From the sequence record PP449093.1: 64,000 nucleotides of DNA. One strand, 5' to 3'. The translations under genes were made by a program, and so were the position numbers. Source of the stretch: Escherichia coli phage phiS. The notes under the pieces were generated by a model. That model saw only the letters and a program-made list of their open reading frames with translations. It searched no databases and was not told the DNA's origin. Positions 7,897 to 17,504 of this stretch are shown here, in pieces. Numbering within the stretch: position 1 is the first letter of the stretch; each line of letters begins with the position of its first letter.

Positions 7897-8430
7897 GTGT
7901 CTGATTATGTAAACAATAAAGAGCTTTACGAAGAAATTTGCCGTTGGAAACAACGAATTGCAGCCGAAGGTCGGCAAGTGCCAATGAGCGATCAAATTGG
8001 CCTAGCAATTATGCAAATCTCTAAAAATCTATCACGTCGTTTTAACTTTTCTGGTTATAGTCAAACATGGCGCGAAGAAATGATCGACGACGGAATCGAA
8101 GCGGCGGTCAAGGGTTTGATTAATTTTGACGAGACAAAGTATAAAAATCCTCATGCTTACATCACGCAAGCGTGCTTTAATGCTTTTGTACAGCGCATTA
8201 AAAAAGAGAGAACAGCGACAGCCGCAAAATACAAATATTTTGTGCATCATGTATATGACGAACGCGACGCTGATATGTGCCAGATTGCTGATGAGGCATT
8301 CATACAGGACATTTACGATAAAATCAACAACTACGAGGAATCGGTCAATAAACCGAAAGCGCCAAAGGTTGAAGATGTATTGACTGAGGAATTGCCTAGC
8401 CTGGACCAATTTTATGAGATTGAAAATTAA
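7897..8430 (+). CDS. 55: Late-transcription sigma factor gp55
   Basis: [29 protein letters not shown] and YVNNKEL match T4 gp55 as I recall it. GTG start after RBS GCGAGGG. Confidence 0.85.
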   Translation: MSDYVNNKELYEEICRWKQRIAAEGRQVPMSDQIGLAIMQISKNLSRRFNFSGYSQTWREEMIDDGIEAAVKGLINFDETKYKNPHAYITQACFNAFVQRIKKERTATAAKYKYFVHHVYDERDADMCQIADEAFIQDIYDKINNYEESVNKPKAPKVEDVLTEELPSLDQFYEIEN

Positions 8431-8647
8431 CATTTCCCGTTTGCTGGAAGAAGCAGAGTTTGAAACTGACCTCGTGCCGTATTTCGCCAAATTATTTTTG
8501 AGAGATTGCGGCGTTCCGGTGATTATCGATCCGTGCAATATCAAATCACCGGATCTTGAGGTCTTGACGGGTACAATCTCACATAGCTATAATGTATCAG
8601 AAGATGAATTTTCTTTAATAATTGATTATATCCCAGAGGTAAAATAA
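8414..8647 (+). CDS. Hypothetical protein (77 aa)
   Basis: ORF from the track, overlapping the end of gene 55. Confidence 0.45.
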   Translation: MRLKINISRLLEEAEFETDLVPYFAKLFLRDCGVPVIIDPCNIKSPDLEVLTGTISHSYNVSEDEFSLIIDYIPEVK

Positions 8648-8648
8648 C

Positions 8649-8936
8649 ATGACTTACGATGAACAGCATGACAAGATTGCAGTGAATGAAGTAGACAAAG
8701 TACAAGCAGAACTAGAGGCTAAAGCCGCTAAGAAAGCGGAAAAGATCTTGCGTAAGAACTCGCGAGAGATTGCACGCCTTAAGCGGTGGGCTGAACAAGC
8801 TATCATCGATGATAACCGTGATGCGTATATCTACGCTATCGGAAAGTTACGTGATATCTACAAACAGCCACACACGCCAGAACTGCTTTCTGCTATGTGG
8901 ATTAGTACACGGCAAACGGTATTAAGTATGCTGTAA
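8649..8936 (+). CDS. Hypothetical protein (95 aa)
   Basis: ORF from the track; charged, helical N-terminus. Confidence 0.5.
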   Translation: MTYDEQHDKIAVNEVDKVQAELEAKAAKKAEKILRKNSREIARLKRWAEQAIIDDNRDAYIYAIGKLRDIYKQPHTPELLSAMWISTRQTVLSML

Positions 8937-8945
8937 TGGCTTTAT

Positions 8946-8980
8946 AAGGGAGACTCCGAAAGGGGTTTCCCTTTTTATTT
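8946..8980 (+). terminator. Intrinsic terminator
   Basis: Hairpin aagggagactcc-GAAA-ggggtttccctt followed by TTTTTATTTTT. Confidence 0.55.
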
Positions 8981-9026
8981 TTCTATGATATAGTGAGAGC
9001 ATCGAAAACGAAGAGAGGAAGAGACT

Positions 9027-9581
9027 ATGACAAAATTTAAGTATTGGGATGAAGAACTACAGAGTGAAATAAGGGATCATTTTGCCCATGACGAGAACGG
9101 CATACTCTATCACAAAACTCATAGTATTCATAAGGGTAAATTTGCACCTGGCGATATTGTCAAAACTCATGTAGGGTCACAAAGAGGACATTTATCTATT
9201 TGGTTATATCTAGGAAATGGTGTAAAATATAAATTGTATGTGCATAGGGTTGTTTGGTTTCTTGAGCATGGGTATCAGGTTGCTATAATCGACCATATAG
9301 ACCAAAATGTATTAAACAATGCACCAAGAAATTTAAGAGAAGCCACTAACCAAGAAAATAAAAGAAATCAGGGAAAGATCAAGAATGTAGGCGGAAGATA
9401 TAAGGGCGCATATCGTGCAAGTTCAGCTATGAAGTCTAAACCGTGGATATGTAAAGTCAGAATAGATGGGAAAACAAAACATTTTGGATATTTCGCGACA
9501 GAAGAAGAAGCGGCAAGAAAATATGATGAGGTGGCTAAGACTCTGTATGGAGAGTTTGCCGTTTTAAATTTTCCAGAATAA
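9027..9581 (+). CDS. HNH homing endonuclease with C-terminal AP2 DNA-binding domain (copy A)
   Basis: HNH core HRVVWFLEHGY...IDHIDQN...NLREAT..EN, then AP2-like GKTKHFGYFATEEEAARKYDEVAKTLYGEFAVLNF. It sits where T4 has alpha-gt. Confidence 0.8.
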   Translation: MTKFKYWDEELQSEIRDHFAHDENGILYHKTHSIHKGKFAPGDIVKTHVGSQRGHLSIWLYLGNGVKYKLYVHRVVWFLEHGYQVAIIDHIDQNVLNNAPRNLREATNQENKRNQGKIKNVGGRYKGAYRASSAMKSKPWICKVRIDGKTKHFGYFATEEEAARKYDEVAKTLYGEFAVLNFPE

Positions 9582-9600
9582 CTTTTAAGAGGATAATATT

Positions 9601-10626
9601 ATGAAAATTTTGATGTTGGGTGATTTGCACACTGGTATTGGTAATGATGATCCGTGGGTACATGACTATATTCTTGATACCATTAAAAAAGCACTAGATT
9701 ATTCTAAAAAACACAATATTAAGGTATGGATTCAGACAGGGGATTGGTTTGATTGCCGTAAAGCTATTACTCATGCGACGATGAGTTTTAACCGTACTAA
9801 GGTCATCCCGTTACTGGAAGAAGCTGGAATCACCTGTTATGTGACCGTAGGGAACCACGATCTATTCAAACGTCATAAGATCCAGCCTAACGCGCCGCGT
9901 GAAGTGTTAAGCCAGTATGATTGCATTAAGGTTATCGATAAACCAGAAACAGTTACCTTTGATGGGGTATCATTCGACCTGTTCCCGTGGTTTTGTGATG
10001 ACAATAAATCCGAGGTTTTAGAGTTTATTCAAAATTCATTCAGCGAATATTGTGTAGGCCATTGGGAATTGTCCGGCTACTATTTCTATAAAGGGTTAAA
10101 ATCCGAAGGTTATAGCGCGGACTTCCTCAAGAAATACCGTGAAGTGTTTTCCGGTCACTTTCATACTATCAGTGATGGCGGTAACGTAACGTATATTGGC
10201 ACACCATACACACTAACGGCTGGCGACGAAAATGATCCGCGTGGTTTTTGGGTATTCGATACAGATACACACAAAAAGGAGTTTATCCAGAATGACAAAA
10301 CTTATCATGTGCGTATCACTTACCCGTCAGATGATAAAATCGATGTAGAACGCTTTAAAGGGCTTAGTGTGCGCCTAATTGCAACGGTCGCTGATAATGG
10401 GTTAACTAAGTTAGAAAGCGCGTTAGAGGCCGTTGTACACAAGCTAAAAGTGGTCCATAAGCTGGAGAGTAGCGCATCACAGGAAACAGGTGTTATTGAA
10501 GTTAAAAGCACTATTCAGATGGTCTATGAATATCTGGAAGAACAAAACCTAGAACCGGAAGAACTTGCGGCAGTTAAGCGTATCTCCGATGAGCTTTTAG
10601 CCGAAGTAAATAGCGCAAAAAGTTAG
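9601..10626 (+). CDS. 47: Recombination endonuclease subunit gp47 (Mre11-like)
   Basis: MKILMLGDLHTG... and GNHD phosphoesterase motifs; upstream of gene 46 as in T4. Confidence 0.9.
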   Translation: MKILMLGDLHTGIGNDDPWVHDYILDTIKKALDYSKKHNIKVWIQTGDWFDCRKAITHATMSFNRTKVIPLLEEAGITCYVTVGNHDLFKRHKIQPNAPREVLSQYDCIKVIDKPETVTFDGVSFDLFPWFCDDNKSEVLEFIQNSFSEYCVGHWELSGYYFYKGLKSEGYSADFLKKYREVFSGHFHTISDGGNVTYIGTPYTLTAGDENDPRGFWVFDTDTHKKEFIQNDKTYHVRITYPSDDKIDVERFKGLSVRLIATVADNGLTKLESALEAVVHKLKVVHKLESSASQETGVIEVKSTIQMVYEYLEEQNLEPEELAAVKRISDELLAEVNSAKS

Positions 10627-10655
10627 TTGACGCGGGGAGAAATCCCCGTTATACT
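10627..10655 (+). promoter_or_regulatory. Early promoter with stem-loop in the spacer (TTGACG ... TATACT)
   Basis: TTGACG, the hairpin cggggagaaatccccg in a 17-nt spacer, then TATACT. Confidence 0.5.
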
Positions 10656-10681
10656 CTCTAAAAAATTGATGGGAGGTTATT

Positions 10682-10933
10682 ATGATTACTGACACACTGA
10701 AAGAATTTAACGCAAGTTTAGAGAAGTTTACTAAGATCCGAGTTTTTGAGGTTGTTCGGAATGGTCAACATATGCTATCCTTCCGTTCTAATTACGGGAT
10801 GTGGACACATGATGAAATTCCTTTCGACCGAGACAATATCACTAGACTGGAACTAGCAACCATCGTATCCCGTAAGGTTGCTGATATTACCCAGAATGTT
10901 ATTGCTCGTGGGTCTATGGAGTCTGTACGATGA
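10682..10933 (+). CDS. Hypothetical protein (83 aa)
   Basis: RBS GGGAGG; the N-terminus LKEFNASLEKF resembles that of the next ORF. Confidence 0.5.
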   Translation: MITDTLKEFNASLEKFTKIRVFEVVRNGQHMLSFRSNYGMWTHDEIPFDRDNITRLELATIVSRKVADITQNVIARGSMESVR

Positions 10934-11247
10934 AAACACTTGCACAAAAAGTAATGGAATTTAATGCAGCGTTGCCTATGTTTGCTCGCCGTAAGGGGAT
11001 CTCCGTTGATGTATGGTATTCCAAAGAGCATGAAGAAGTTCGGATGATGCTCGAAAAGCGACTCACTGACACTACCGTTAAGTGTAAGTTTCGCTCTATT
11101 CCTCGCGATGAAATAGAATTTGATGAAAGCTATTACTTTACGCTGCGTCATGTGCTGAAACAAGCAATGGATGAACTTTTAGAAGACCTGAAACAATATG
11201 AGATTGAATGGGGAACATATTATGAATACGACTATGGTCGCGGCTGA
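10930..11247 (+). CDS. Hypothetical protein (105 aa), weak paralog of the previous ORF
   Basis: N-terminus VMEFNAALPMF. Confidence 0.5.
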   Translation: MKTLAQKVMEFNAALPMFARRKGISVDVWYSKEHEEVRMMLEKRLTDTTVKCKFRSIPRDEIEFDESYYFTLRHVLKQAMDELLEDLKQYEIEWGTYYEYDYGRG

Positions 11248-11794
11248 TCCAGATAAATTGGTAATGCAACATTTTATTACGCTGTTGCATAACTACACGA
11301 TAAAACAATCACATTACAAGAATCCGATTTATGGTTATCTGAAAGCGAATATTTCATCTACGTGGGGTCAGCCAGTGGTTAAGCTGTATTATGATGATGG
11401 TTATCATCGTTATCTTAAAGTGATACATCCACAAGAATTGATGATCAATATGGATATGGGCGTATTTGTAAAAGACAAAGTAGAAGCTATTATTAAGAGT
11501 GTGGTTGGTGAATATAATCCGATTGTATATGGTGCTTTCGTCCAGTGGAAACAATCCAGCAAATATTATTTTCCGAATACTCCATTGACTCTAACAGGTT
11601 GGATCTCTGTCATGCATAGCGGGGTATTCCTGGAAGCGTCAGAGACAATGTACAAGGGGTATATTCTCCCGCATAGACTGGTGAAATGTGATCACCGCTT
11701 GACTGTAGGTGAATTTCGCGATATTCTGGAACAGCAAGCGGAAGACCTGCAAGGTGAAATTGAAGAATTTTTAGAGGAACATAAACTAAAATGA
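11222..11794 (+). CDS. Hypothetical protein (191 aa)
   Basis: ORF from the track; start moved to the internal ATG at 11222. Confidence 0.5.
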   Translation: MNTTMVAADPDKLVMQHFITLLHNYTIKQSHYKNPIYGYLKANISSTWGQPVVKLYYDDGYHRYLKVIHPQELMINMDMGVFVKDKVEAIIKSVVGEYNPIVYGAFVQWKQSSKYYFPNTPLTLTGWISVMHSGVFLEASETMYKGYILPHRLVKCDHRLTVGEFRDILEQQAEDLQGEIEEFLEEHKLK

Positions 11795-12054
11795 TTCTAT
11801 CGATGACCTACCTTAGACACAGGGTTATAGAAGGTCTTCGCGAATATCTGGCATTGAATAAAGGGATTTATGTTGATCCCTTTATGACATATGATCCTGC
11901 GACACTGGATTATGTGATCATGTTGCCAGATCGCAGAGACACATTAGTTAAAGTGAAGGCGGCAAGTGTTTACAACATTGATGAAGATGTGTTAGCATTT
12001 AATATTATGGAATGTGTGATTGCGGAGTGGTTTAATGGCAAAGTTAAATTTTAA
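11791..12054 (+). CDS. Hypothetical protein (87 aa)
   Basis: ORF from the track; overlaps the gene 46 start. Confidence 0.45.
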   Translation: MILSMTYLRHRVIEGLREYLALNKGIYVDPFMTYDPATLDYVIMLPDRRDTLVKVKAASVYNIDEDVLAFNIMECVIAEWFNGKVKF

Positions 12055-13717
12055 AACCTTGCGCTATCAAAATATAATGAGCGTGGGTGCTGAACCTGTT
12101 GAGATTCAGCTAGACGGATTCAAAAAGACACTGATCACTGGTGTTAACGGTGCTGGTAAATCAACAATGATCGAGGCGCTTTGCTTTGTATTGTTTGGTA
12201 AACCGTTTCGTAGTATCAAGAAAGGCCAATTGATTAACAGCGTCAACAAAAAGAAACTGTTAGTCGAAGTCTGGTTTGAACTGGACGGGAAAGAGTTTTA
12301 TATCAAACGTGGTCAAAAGCCGGAAGTATTCGAAGTGCATCGCGACGGTCAAAAGATCGACGAGAGCGCAAGCACCAAAGACTTTCAGGAATATTTTGAA
12401 GGTATCATAGGAATGAACCTAGCCAGCTTTAAACAGATCGTTGTTTTAGGCACTGCTGGTTATGTTCCGTTTATGAGTCTTCCGGCAGCGGGTCGCCGTA
12501 AACTGGTCGAGGATTTGCTTGATATTGCTACGCTAGGCGAAATGGATAAACTGAATAAAGCGTATGTGCGCGAGATTACCCAGAATATCCAAATGCAGGA
12601 AATGAAAGCTAATCACGTTCAGCAACAAATCAACACTCATAAAAAGTACATAGAGGACGCGAGCAAGGCGAGTGCCGAGAATCTCCAGCGTTTACAGAAT
12701 ATGTATGATAAAGAGGTGGAATCGGCTAAAGCATTTAAAGCCGAAGAAACGCGCTTGACCGATGAGCTATTGGCTGTTGTTATGCCGGAAGATCCTAGCG
12801 CGGCATTGGCTAAAATTAATACGGCAATCGCACAGATTGGTGCGCAGATCCAGAACTTTGACCGTGTTATCCATATGCACGAGAAAGGCGGGATCTGTCC
12901 TACGTGCACACAACCGATCATTCAGGGTAATGATCAGGCTGTACGCGAACAAAAAGCACAAGCAGAACATAAACTGTCTCTTATTGACGAGAAACGCGTA
13001 GAATACGCAGAGAAAGCCAATTCTTTCCAGACAGCACAAACTAAGGTCTTGGAAATTAAACGCGCTATAGAGTCACAGAGAGCGAATTTAACGGCATCTG
13101 TAGGTCGTGCTAAACAGATCCAGAAAGCAATGCAGGAATTGCAAAAAGAAAGGGTTGACAATTCCGAAGAACTTGCTAAACTGGAACACGAACTGGTAGA
13201 GATTACTAATGAAAAATCAAAACTAGTTCTTGAAAAATATCACCGTGGATTTGTAACAGAAATGTTGAAGGATTCCGGTGTTAAGGCGTCTATCGTCAAG
13301 AAATATATTCCATATTTCAATGATCGGATTGCATATTATCTTGATATCATGGAAGCGGATTATATCTTTACGCTAGATGAAGAGTTTAACGAAACAATCA
13401 AATCACGGGGGCGTGAATCGTTTTCGTATACATCATTCAGTCAAGGCGAAAAAGCACGTATTGACCTTGCGATGCTCTTTACATGGCGTGATGTTGCTGG
13501 TAAAGTATCTGGTACTAATATTTCTTTGTTGGTACTCGACGAAATTTATGATGGGGCTACGGACGTTCAAGGCGTAAAAGCACTTGATTCCATCATTGAC
13601 AAGTTAGATGATAACGTGTATATTATCAGCCATCGTGACCATAACCCTGATGATTTTAGCCGTCATCTCAAGATGGTTAAACGTGGGCGATTCACTGAAA
13701 TGAATGTTAACATTTGA
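12035..13717 (+). CDS. 46: Recombination endonuclease subunit gp46 (Rad50/SbcC-like ATPase)
   Basis: Walker A GVNGAGKST, central coiled coil with CPTC zinc hook, C-terminal LLVLDEIYDG. N-terminus matches T4 gp46 as I recall it. Confidence 0.9.
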   Translation: MAKLNFKTLRYQNIMSVGAEPVEIQLDGFKKTLITGVNGAGKSTMIEALCFVLFGKPFRSIKKGQLINSVNKKKLLVEVWFELDGKEFYIKRGQKPEVFEVHRDGQKIDESASTKDFQEYFEGIIGMNLASFKQIVVLGTAGYVPFMSLPAAGRRKLVEDLLDIATLGEMDKLNKAYVREITQNIQMQEMKANHVQQQINTHKKYIEDASKASAENLQRLQNMYDKEVESAKAFKAEETRLTDELLAVVMPEDPSAALAKINTAIAQIGAQIQNFDRVIHMHEKGGICPTCTQPIIQGNDQAVREQKAQAEHKLSLIDEKRVEYAEKANSFQTAQTKVLEIKRAIESQRANLTASVGRAKQIQKAMQELQKERVDNSEELAKLEHELVEITNEKSKLVLEKYHRGFVTEMLKDSGVKASIVKKYIPYFNDRIAYYLDIMEADYIFTLDEEFNETIKSRGRESFSYTSFSQGEKARIDLAMLFTWRDVAGKVSGTNISLLVLDEIYDGATDVQGVKALDSIIDKLDDNVYIISHRDHNPDDFSRHLKMVKRGRFTEMNVNI

Positions 13718-13934
13718 CAGAGTAACGCAGCCGGAGTTAGAATTGTATACATTAATCAATCTATATTCCGGTGAAGAATATGTAGTTAGTATGGGGGATA
13801 TGAAAAACAGCATATACAGCGATGAAGACATAACAAAAATGTTGTCTTGTCGTCATCATGGGTTTATGCTGGTCCCCAAATTTGATAAACTTGATTACCC
13901 TGATGCTGGGGTTGCAACAAACTTTAGAACGTGA
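13704..13934 (+). CDS. Hypothetical protein (76 aa)
   Basis: ORF from the track. Confidence 0.45.
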   Translation: MLTFDRVTQPELELYTLINLYSGEEYVVSMGDMKNSIYSDEDITKMLSCRHHGFMLVPKFDKLDYPDAGVATNFRT

Positions 13935-13964
13935 TATACTGATTTTATTTTGGAGATTAATATT

Positions 13965-14342
13965 ATGACTACTTCCGCAAACCTGGCTAAAATTACTGTA
14001 GCAGACATTCAGAACAAGAAAACCAGTCTCGAATTTGACCGAGCAATGAACAAGATCCGTAAAGCGTGGGTACTACAAATGCCAGAAAGCGAGAAAGCTA
14101 AAATGAAGGTTATCCCGCAGCAAGCACGCTTTGAACTGTACGCGCATATTGATGATATGGTGCAAAAAGAATGGATCGCTGCAATGCGCAAGTATTACGA
14201 TGATTCAATTGCTAAAGGCGCTAAAACTATTCGAGGTAAAGATATTCTCGAAAAGGGTTATCAGATTGACACTGATGAACTGCTGATTGAAGCCGCTAGC
14301 GTAGTAGTAACTCGTCTGATCGCAATTGCTGATGGGAAGTGA
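13965..14342 (+). CDS. Hypothetical protein (125 aa)
   Basis: ATG at 13965 after GGAGA. Lies in the 45.2/rpbA region by synteny. Confidence 0.5.
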   Translation: MTTSANLAKITVADIQNKKTSLEFDRAMNKIRKAWVLQMPESEKAKMKVIPQQARFELYAHIDDMVQKEWIAAMRKYYDDSIAKGAKTIRGKDILEKGYQIDTDELLIEAASVVVTRLIAIADGK

Positions 14343-14346
14343 TAGA

Positions 14347-14724
14347 ATGAAACGTATGAGCTTAAAAGAACAATTAATGTTTATCGAACTTGACTATAAA
14401 CTATTTCCGATACCGTTTGATTATGTCAAACGAGGATGTGTGGTTAATTTTGATATTGGAACCGATAGCAACATTTGGCATTTTGTTGTTGATGAGTTTG
14501 TTGATAATGTGATTCGTCGTAAACTTGCGTTTGATGTTCGTGGTGATCTGATATATCTCGAAGGCAAGAAGACCGCAAAGAATCCTGTTACTGTCTATGC
14601 TCTGCAACAATACTTGACAGCATACATTGGATTTAAGTATACTCATGCTATTGATGAGCAAGCTGCGGAAAACTTCCAAAACAAAATGCTCAAGATTCGT
14701 AACGAACACGCAGTAAACCCATAA
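14347..14724 (+). CDS. Hypothetical protein (125 aa); possible rpbA counterpart by position only
   Basis: ORF immediately upstream of gene 45; no sequence-level identification. Confidence 0.4.
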   Translation: MKRMSLKEQLMFIELDYKLFPIPFDYVKRGCVVNFDIGTDSNIWHFVVDEFVDNVIRRKLAFDVRGDLIYLEGKKTAKNPVTVYALQQYLTAYIGFKYTHAIDEQAAENFQNKMLKIRNEHAVNP

Positions 14725-14754
14725 TTAATTGATTAACATGATAAAGGTGATTTG

Positions 14755-15441
14755 ATGAAACTGACTAAAGAAACCATTGCTACCCTGAAAAACTTTTCCG
14801 CTATTAACCCAGGTATCATCCTGAAAAAAGGAAACGTCCTAATCACCAAAAACATGACAAACGTTGTATATGGTGAAGCGACTCTGAATCAAGAACTGGA
14901 ACACGAAATCGGGATCTATGATCTTAACTCTTTCCTGGGCATTCTGAATCTGGTGGGCGATGAAGCAGATATTACGGTTGATAACCGAACCGGAAACATT
15001 CGTGTGTCTAATGATCGTCTGAAAATTAATTATCCTGGTGCTAGTGCTGCCGCTATCGTATCACCGAAAGGCCGAGTTACTCCACCTGCAAGCGATGTAG
15101 ATTACGAACTGAGCAACGACGATCTGAAACAGCTTATGAAAATGAGCAATCAGCTTAAAGTGGATCGCCTTGAATTTCTTCCGATTGATGGTCGTCTGAT
15201 GATCAAAGGTTGGGAAGAGATTGACAAAAATAATCCTAATGAGATGTTTTGTCTTGACATGGGCGAATATGCCGGAACCGCCGACTTCCATTTCTTTATT
15301 CGTAAAGATAACATGAAACTGGTTGCTACTGACTTCGGCGATTATAAATTGAGCTTCACTCGCCGCAAGGCTGTATGGTTGGCAAGTGAAACCGTGTCTT
15401 ACATGATCGCGTGTGACCTTGACTCCAGCTACACCGACTAA
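14755..15441 (+). CDS. 45: Sliding clamp gp45
   Basis: MKLTKETIATLKNFSAINPGI..., close to the T4 gp45 N-terminus, and about 228 aa. Confidence 0.9.
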   Translation: MKLTKETIATLKNFSAINPGIILKKGNVLITKNMTNVVYGEATLNQELEHEIGIYDLNSFLGILNLVGDEADITVDNRTGNIRVSNDRLKINYPGASAAAIVSPKGRVTPPASDVDYELSNDDLKQLMKMSNQLKVDRLEFLPIDGRLMIKGWEEIDKNNPNEMFCLDMGEYAGTADFHFFIRKDNMKLVATDFGDYKLSFTRRKAVWLASETVSYMIACDLDSSYTD

Positions 15442-15505
15442 TATAATGATTATGGGGAGTATAAAACTCCCCTTTTTAATGATGTAACTTGTGAGAGGTG
15501 ATTAT

Positions 15506-16480
15506 ATGCTGAGTGTTAATGAAAATGAGTTTCAGTGGGAACAGAAATACCGTCCTAAATCAATTTCTGAATGTATTCTGCCGGAAGCAGATAAAAAGAT
15601 CTTCGCGCAGATCGTGAAACAAGGCCGAATCCCTTCAATGATTCTGCATAGCCCATCGCCGGGTACTGGTAAAACAACCGTTGCTAAGGCGCTTTGTGAA
15701 GATGTGGGTGTTGATTATCTGTTTGTTAACGGCGCAGATTGTAAGATTGATTTTATCCGCGATGAGATTACACGCTTTGCGCAGAGTGTATCACTCGATG
15801 AAGAAAAACGAGAAAAAGGCAAAGTTGTTATTATCGATGAGTATGACCGAGCGGGGCTGGCTGATGCTCAAAGACACTTGCGTAGTTTCTCTGAGGCATA
15901 CTCAAACAATGTGACCTTCATTATCACAGCAAACGATCTAGAAGGTATTATCCCAGCGTTGAGATCTCGATTTGATCCAATCACGTTTGGATCTCCGACT
16001 AAAGATGATCAGCTTCGCATGATGAAAGAAATGATCGTCCGGTGTAAAGCAATTCTTGATAAAGAAGGTGTACCGGTAGAAGAAATGCGCGTATTGGCGG
16101 AACTGGTTAAGCAGAACTTCCCAGATTTCCGGCGCGTAATGAAACTTTTGGACCGTTACGCAAAACACGGTAAAATTGATGCTGGCGTATTGAGTATGGT
16201 TATCGAAAGTAGCAATACCGAAGTAACCGATGTAGTGGAAGCACTTAAAACTAAACAGTTTGCTAATGTGCGTAAACTTGCGCCACGATATACCAATACA
16301 TACGCTCAATTTGTCAAGAAACTTTATAATGAGTTGTATACTCAAGTTAAGCCAGCTTCTATTATTCGTCTCACTGAGATTATCGGTGAAAATAATCAGA
16401 TGTTTGCGCACGCGGCTGATAAAGAGATTCACATTGTCTTTTTGTTAATGCAATTAATGGTTGAATTGGAGTTCGTATAA
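15506..16480 (+). CDS. 44: Clamp loader large subunit gp44 (AAA+)
   Basis: EQKYRP...HSPSPGTGKTTVAKALC...VIIDEYDR...NFPDFR match T4 gp44 as I recall it. Confidence 0.9.
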   Translation: MLSVNENEFQWEQKYRPKSISECILPEADKKIFAQIVKQGRIPSMILHSPSPGTGKTTVAKALCEDVGVDYLFVNGADCKIDFIRDEITRFAQSVSLDEEKREKGKVVIIDEYDRAGLADAQRHLRSFSEAYSNNVTFIITANDLEGIIPALRSRFDPITFGSPTKDDQLRMMKEMIVRCKAILDKEGVPVEEMRVLAELVKQNFPDFRRVMKLLDRYAKHGKIDAGVLSMVIESSNTEVTDVVEALKTKQFANVRKLAPRYTNTYAQFVKKLYNELYTQVKPASIIRLTEIIGENNQMFAHAADKEIHIVFLLMQLMVELEFV

Positions 16481-17058
16481 TGTTAGGTCAATTTTTCGGT
16501 GAAGATGATACACAATTAAACGAGCATGAAATTGCATGGCGTTCTCGTGATTGGGAAAAGGTGTCTGAATTAGCGGATACATTCACCGAGAAAACCGACA
16601 ATGCATTATTTGCTCTGATGGATCATATCACCTTAGATAAACAGCGCGTTAATGTGGGAAACAATTCTGCATATAACCAGAGATGGATTAACACCGCTCT
16701 TTCCCAGCACGCAGATTGCCTATATAGCGCGTATGTGATGAATTTAATCGGTCATGGCCTCCCAGATCAAATGCATTTTGATTATCTCTTACAGAGTATT
16801 TCTAAGGGGAAACGATACGGTAAATGGGCTAAACTAACAGAAGAATTGGACCAAAAATTGGTTTTAACGGCAGTGGCGAAAGCATATTGTGTAAATATGG
16901 ATGACGCCCGGTTTTATCTCGATTTGGCTAATGAAAAGGGATATATGGACAAGTTATTGAAGCACATTAAACCGTATGCGACCGATGAACTTTTGGCGGG
17001 TGTTACTAAGAATAAGACAGAAAGGAAACGACTTAAAAAGATTATAGAAAGGTGGTAA
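16480..17058 (+). CDS. 62: Clamp loader small subunit gp62
   Basis: LNEHEIAWRSRDW and KRYGKWAKL resemble T4 gp62; position between 44 and regA. Confidence 0.8.
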   Translation: MLGQFFGEDDTQLNEHEIAWRSRDWEKVSELADTFTEKTDNALFALMDHITLDKQRVNVGNNSAYNQRWINTALSQHADCLYSAYVMNLIGHGLPDQMHFDYLLQSISKGKRYGKWAKLTEELDQKLVLTAVAKAYCVNMDDARFYLDLANEKGYMDKLLKHIKPYATDELLAGVTKNKTERKRLKKIIERW

Positions 17059-17059
17059 A

Positions 17060-17422
17060 ATGATTGAAATTAATTTGATTAGTCCTGAAAACTTCCTTAA
17101 AATTAAGGAGACTTTAACCCGCTGCGGCATTGCCAACAATCGAGACAAGACACTGTATCAGTCTTGTCATATTCTCCAGAAGAAAGGGCGCTATTACATC
17201 GTTCATTTCAAGGAGTTGTTGAAATTAGATGGTCGTAGTGTTAAAATGACGTGGGAAGATGAATTACGCCGCAATAACATTGCAAAACTTCTGGCGCAGT
17301 GGAATCTGTGTACCCTGATTGATAGTGATTTTGAAACTACCGAAGTTAATAATTTCCGTGTACTGTCTTTTAAACAGAAAGAAGAGTGGACGCTGATCGA
17401 GAAATATCAGATCGGACGCTAA
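17060..17422 (+). CDS. regA: Translational repressor RegA
   Basis: LYQSCHILQKKGRYYIVHFKE...NNFRVLSFKQKEEW is near-identical to T4 RegA as I recall it. Confidence 0.9.
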   Translation: MIEINLISPENFLKIKETLTRCGIANNRDKTLYQSCHILQKKGRYYIVHFKELLKLDGRSVKMTWEDELRRNNIAKLLAQWNLCTLIDSDFETTEVNNFRVLSFKQKEEWTLIEKYQIGR

Positions 17423-17443
17423 GATACTGATGGGATAGGGGTA

Positions 17444-17472
17444 TTGACAAACTAGGTCGATTCCCCTATAAT
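17444..17472 (+). promoter_or_regulatory. Sigma70-like promoter upstream of gene 43 (TTGACA, 17 nt, TATAAT)
   Basis: TTGACA and TATAAT in the regA-43 intergenic region. Confidence 0.5.
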
Positions 17473-17504
17473 GAGTGTCTTTCGTAAGTGAAGGAGTTTA
17501 TATT

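Noticed and set aside
15938-16432. Minus-strand ORF (164 aa) inside gene 44
   Set aside because: Antisense to a confidently identified clamp-loader gene; the low-complexity translation is a by-product of the AT-rich coding strand.
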